Below are positions 62,802-64,000 of a stretch of DNA of 64,000 bases, in pieces. Under the pieces are notes generated by a model. The model was given only the letters and a program-made list of their open reading frames with translations, was not told the DNA's origin and did not search any database. Numbering within the stretch: the first letter of the stretch is position 1; every line of letters starts with the position of its first letter. The stretch covers positions 834-64,833 of the forward strand of contig JBBRNI010000005.1 of NCBI GenBank assembly GCA_038230395.1. The letters are read 5' to 3'. The translations under genes were made by a program, and so were the position numbers. This DNA comes from Candidatus Saccharimonadales bacterium. GTDB taxonomy: Bacteria; Patescibacteriota; Saccharimonadia; Saccharimonadales; UBA4665.

Positions 62802-64000
62802 TTATTGTTTTTGAGACTTGTGCGTCGTGATAATTGCTAAGATATCGTCACCATAAGTAGCAACTTTTTGTGGACCGAAGCCAGCTACACCGAGTAGTTC
62901 CTGCTTGGTTGTTGGTTGAGAGGCGGCTAAAGCCATCAAGGCGTTATTATGAGCCACGATAAAGGGAGCAACCTTGTCTTCCCTAGCTCGAATTAGCCGC
63001 CATTGTTTCAGCGTATCAAATAATAATTGGTCGGCAGCTACAGCTGAAGCCACAGTCGTGGCCACAGGTTCGGCAGCGATGTCTTCGGTGGTTTCAGCAA
63101 GCGTGGCCGAAGCCTTACGTAGTTCACGATCAAGTTCAAAAATCTGCGGGTGCATCTGCAACGCAGTTGCATTAATACCCTGCAAATACAGACCATCTAG
63201 GCTGCGTACACGGCTGAGCGCGACGTATCCCATACCGGGTGTAAAGGCTCGCGACAAATCAATTTCAGCGGCGTCTAGGCTCATACCTTGGCTTTTGTGG
63301 ATGGTAATGGCCCAGGCTAAACGCAGCGGCAGTTGATTAATCTCGGCCTTTACGCGGCCATCCTCGCTCAGGCTCCAAGTATGCGGCGCGACATCAATTA
63401 CTCGACCATTCATCAGGCGTACCCGTGGTACCTTATTTTCAAACTGAATGACCATACCACGGCTTCCATTCACAAAGCCCTCACCAAAGTTGTTAGCCAC
63501 GAACATGACTTCAGCTCCAACTTTTAGGGTTAGTTTAGGGGGCGCTAGTAAGCCTTTGGCAAGCTGTTCGATTTTGGCTGCGGCGCCTTTGGTTGTCATC
63601 TCATAGCTATACTCTTGATCGTTAATAGCCGCTAGATGCTTACTATTTATCGATTCGACATCGATGTTGTGGGCATAAAGCCTAGTAATCGCCCGACCAT
63701 CAATCTCACGGCCAATACGATCTTGTAAAGCCTCGTGATGCATAGTATCAAAACTACCATCACGCATGGCTTCGAGTAGCTCAAGCAATCCATCACTGTT
63801 CTGCTGACGATGTTGCTCAGTTATATAGCAGATATGTAGGTTAAGCTCTGACCAAGCTCCGGACATGTGGGCAAAATCAAAACCATTACCTCCATAACCA
63901 CGGCTAACTGGCGGCAGCTGGAACAAATCTCCCACCAGAATAACCTGCATACCGCCATACGGTTTGTCATTGGCCCTAAGTACTTTGGCGAGCTGGTTAA
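62802..64000 (-). CDS. Pif1/RecD-family SF1B DNA helicase with C-terminal HRDC domain (N-terminus beyond the window)
   Basis: VILVGDLFQLPPV, ITIHKSQGMSLD and YVALSRV motifs. HRDC-like LFDTLKQWRLIRAREDKVAPFIVAHNNALMALA. The frame stays open upstream of Met 63950 to the window edge. Confidence 0.85.
   Translation of the reverse strand, partial: NQLAKVLRANDKPYGGMQVILVGDLFQLPPVSRGYGGNGFDFAHMSGAWSELNLHICYITEQHRQQNSDGLLELLEAMRDGSFDTMHHEALQDRIGREIDGRAITRLYAHNIDVESINSKHLAAINDQEYSYEMTTKGAAAKIEQLAKGLLAPPKLTLKVGAEVMFVANNFGEGFVNGSRGMVIQFENKVPRVRLMNGRVIDVAPHTWSLSEDGRVKAEINQLPLRLAWAITIHKSQGMSLDAAEIDLSRAFTPGMGYVALSRVRSLDGLYLQGINATALQMHPQIFELDRELRKASATLAETTEDIAAEPVATTVASAVAADQLLFDTLKQWRLIRAREDKVAPFIVAHNNALMALAASQPTTKQELLGVAGFGPQKVATYGDDILAIITTHKSQKQ

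Noticed and set aside
1-64000. CRISPR arrays, rRNA genes, transposases and intact integrases
   Set aside because: I found no regularly spaced direct repeats of 25-40 nt and no rRNA-like conserved blocks. No DDE, tyrosine or serine recombinase catalytic motifs appear in any ORF. Only the truncated recombinase-like remnant at 13418..13870 is present.

Overview
This looks like a chromosomal segment of a small-genome bacterium with roughly 45-50% GC. The gene content suggests Patescibacteria/CPR, Saccharibacteria-like, but that is an unverified inference. The supporting traits are compact housekeeping genes, a sortase with many anchored FN3/PEGA/cohesin surface proteins, a stripped-down dcw cluster, receiver-only response regulators and Lys-rich tails on housekeeping proteins. 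I can support about 62 protein-coding genes and 3 tRNAs (Ser-GGA, Leu-CAA, Glu-CTC). I found no rRNA and no CRISPR array. Layout: (1) 1-7.9 kb holds an ABC exporter and small-molecule housekeeping enzymes. (2) 7.9-14.0 kb is an accessory patch. It has about 1 kb of GC-rich, gene-poor DNA, then a decayed ~5 kb integrative island bounded by an 11-nt direct repeat of the tRNA-Leu 3' end. The island carries an HKD nuclease, an mntA-hepT-xre operon, an orphan T4CP-like ATPase and a recombinase remnant. (3) 14-23 kb holds sortase, envelope proteins, gltX and a two-component pair. (4) 23.3-25.6 kb is an unusual translesion-synthesis module: two paralogous ~95-aa proteins bracket a UmuD-like protein lacking the Ser/Lys dyad, followed by a UmuC-like Y-family polymerase. 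(5) 26.9-33.5 kb is a surface-protein block with an adjacent cohesin/dockerin gene pair. (6) 34.8-49 kb holds a second two-component pair, der, pth, topA and a 772-aa ORFan. (7) 49.6-58.2 kb is a reduced dcw cluster (mraZ-rsmH-ftsL-ftsI-mraY-ftsW-murG-ftsQ) with unusually long A/C-rich spacers carrying a repeated 13-mer. (8) 58.4-64 kb holds small envelope proteins, a SipW-type signal peptidase with a TasA-like substrate, and a Pif1/RecD-like helicase. The best candidates for something undescribed are the TLS module (23353-25592), the tRNA-Leu island cargo, the cohesin-dockerin surface pair and two long non-coding regions (41.1-42.1 kb and 49.0-49.6 kb). All family assignments come from motif recognition by eye; no searches were run.
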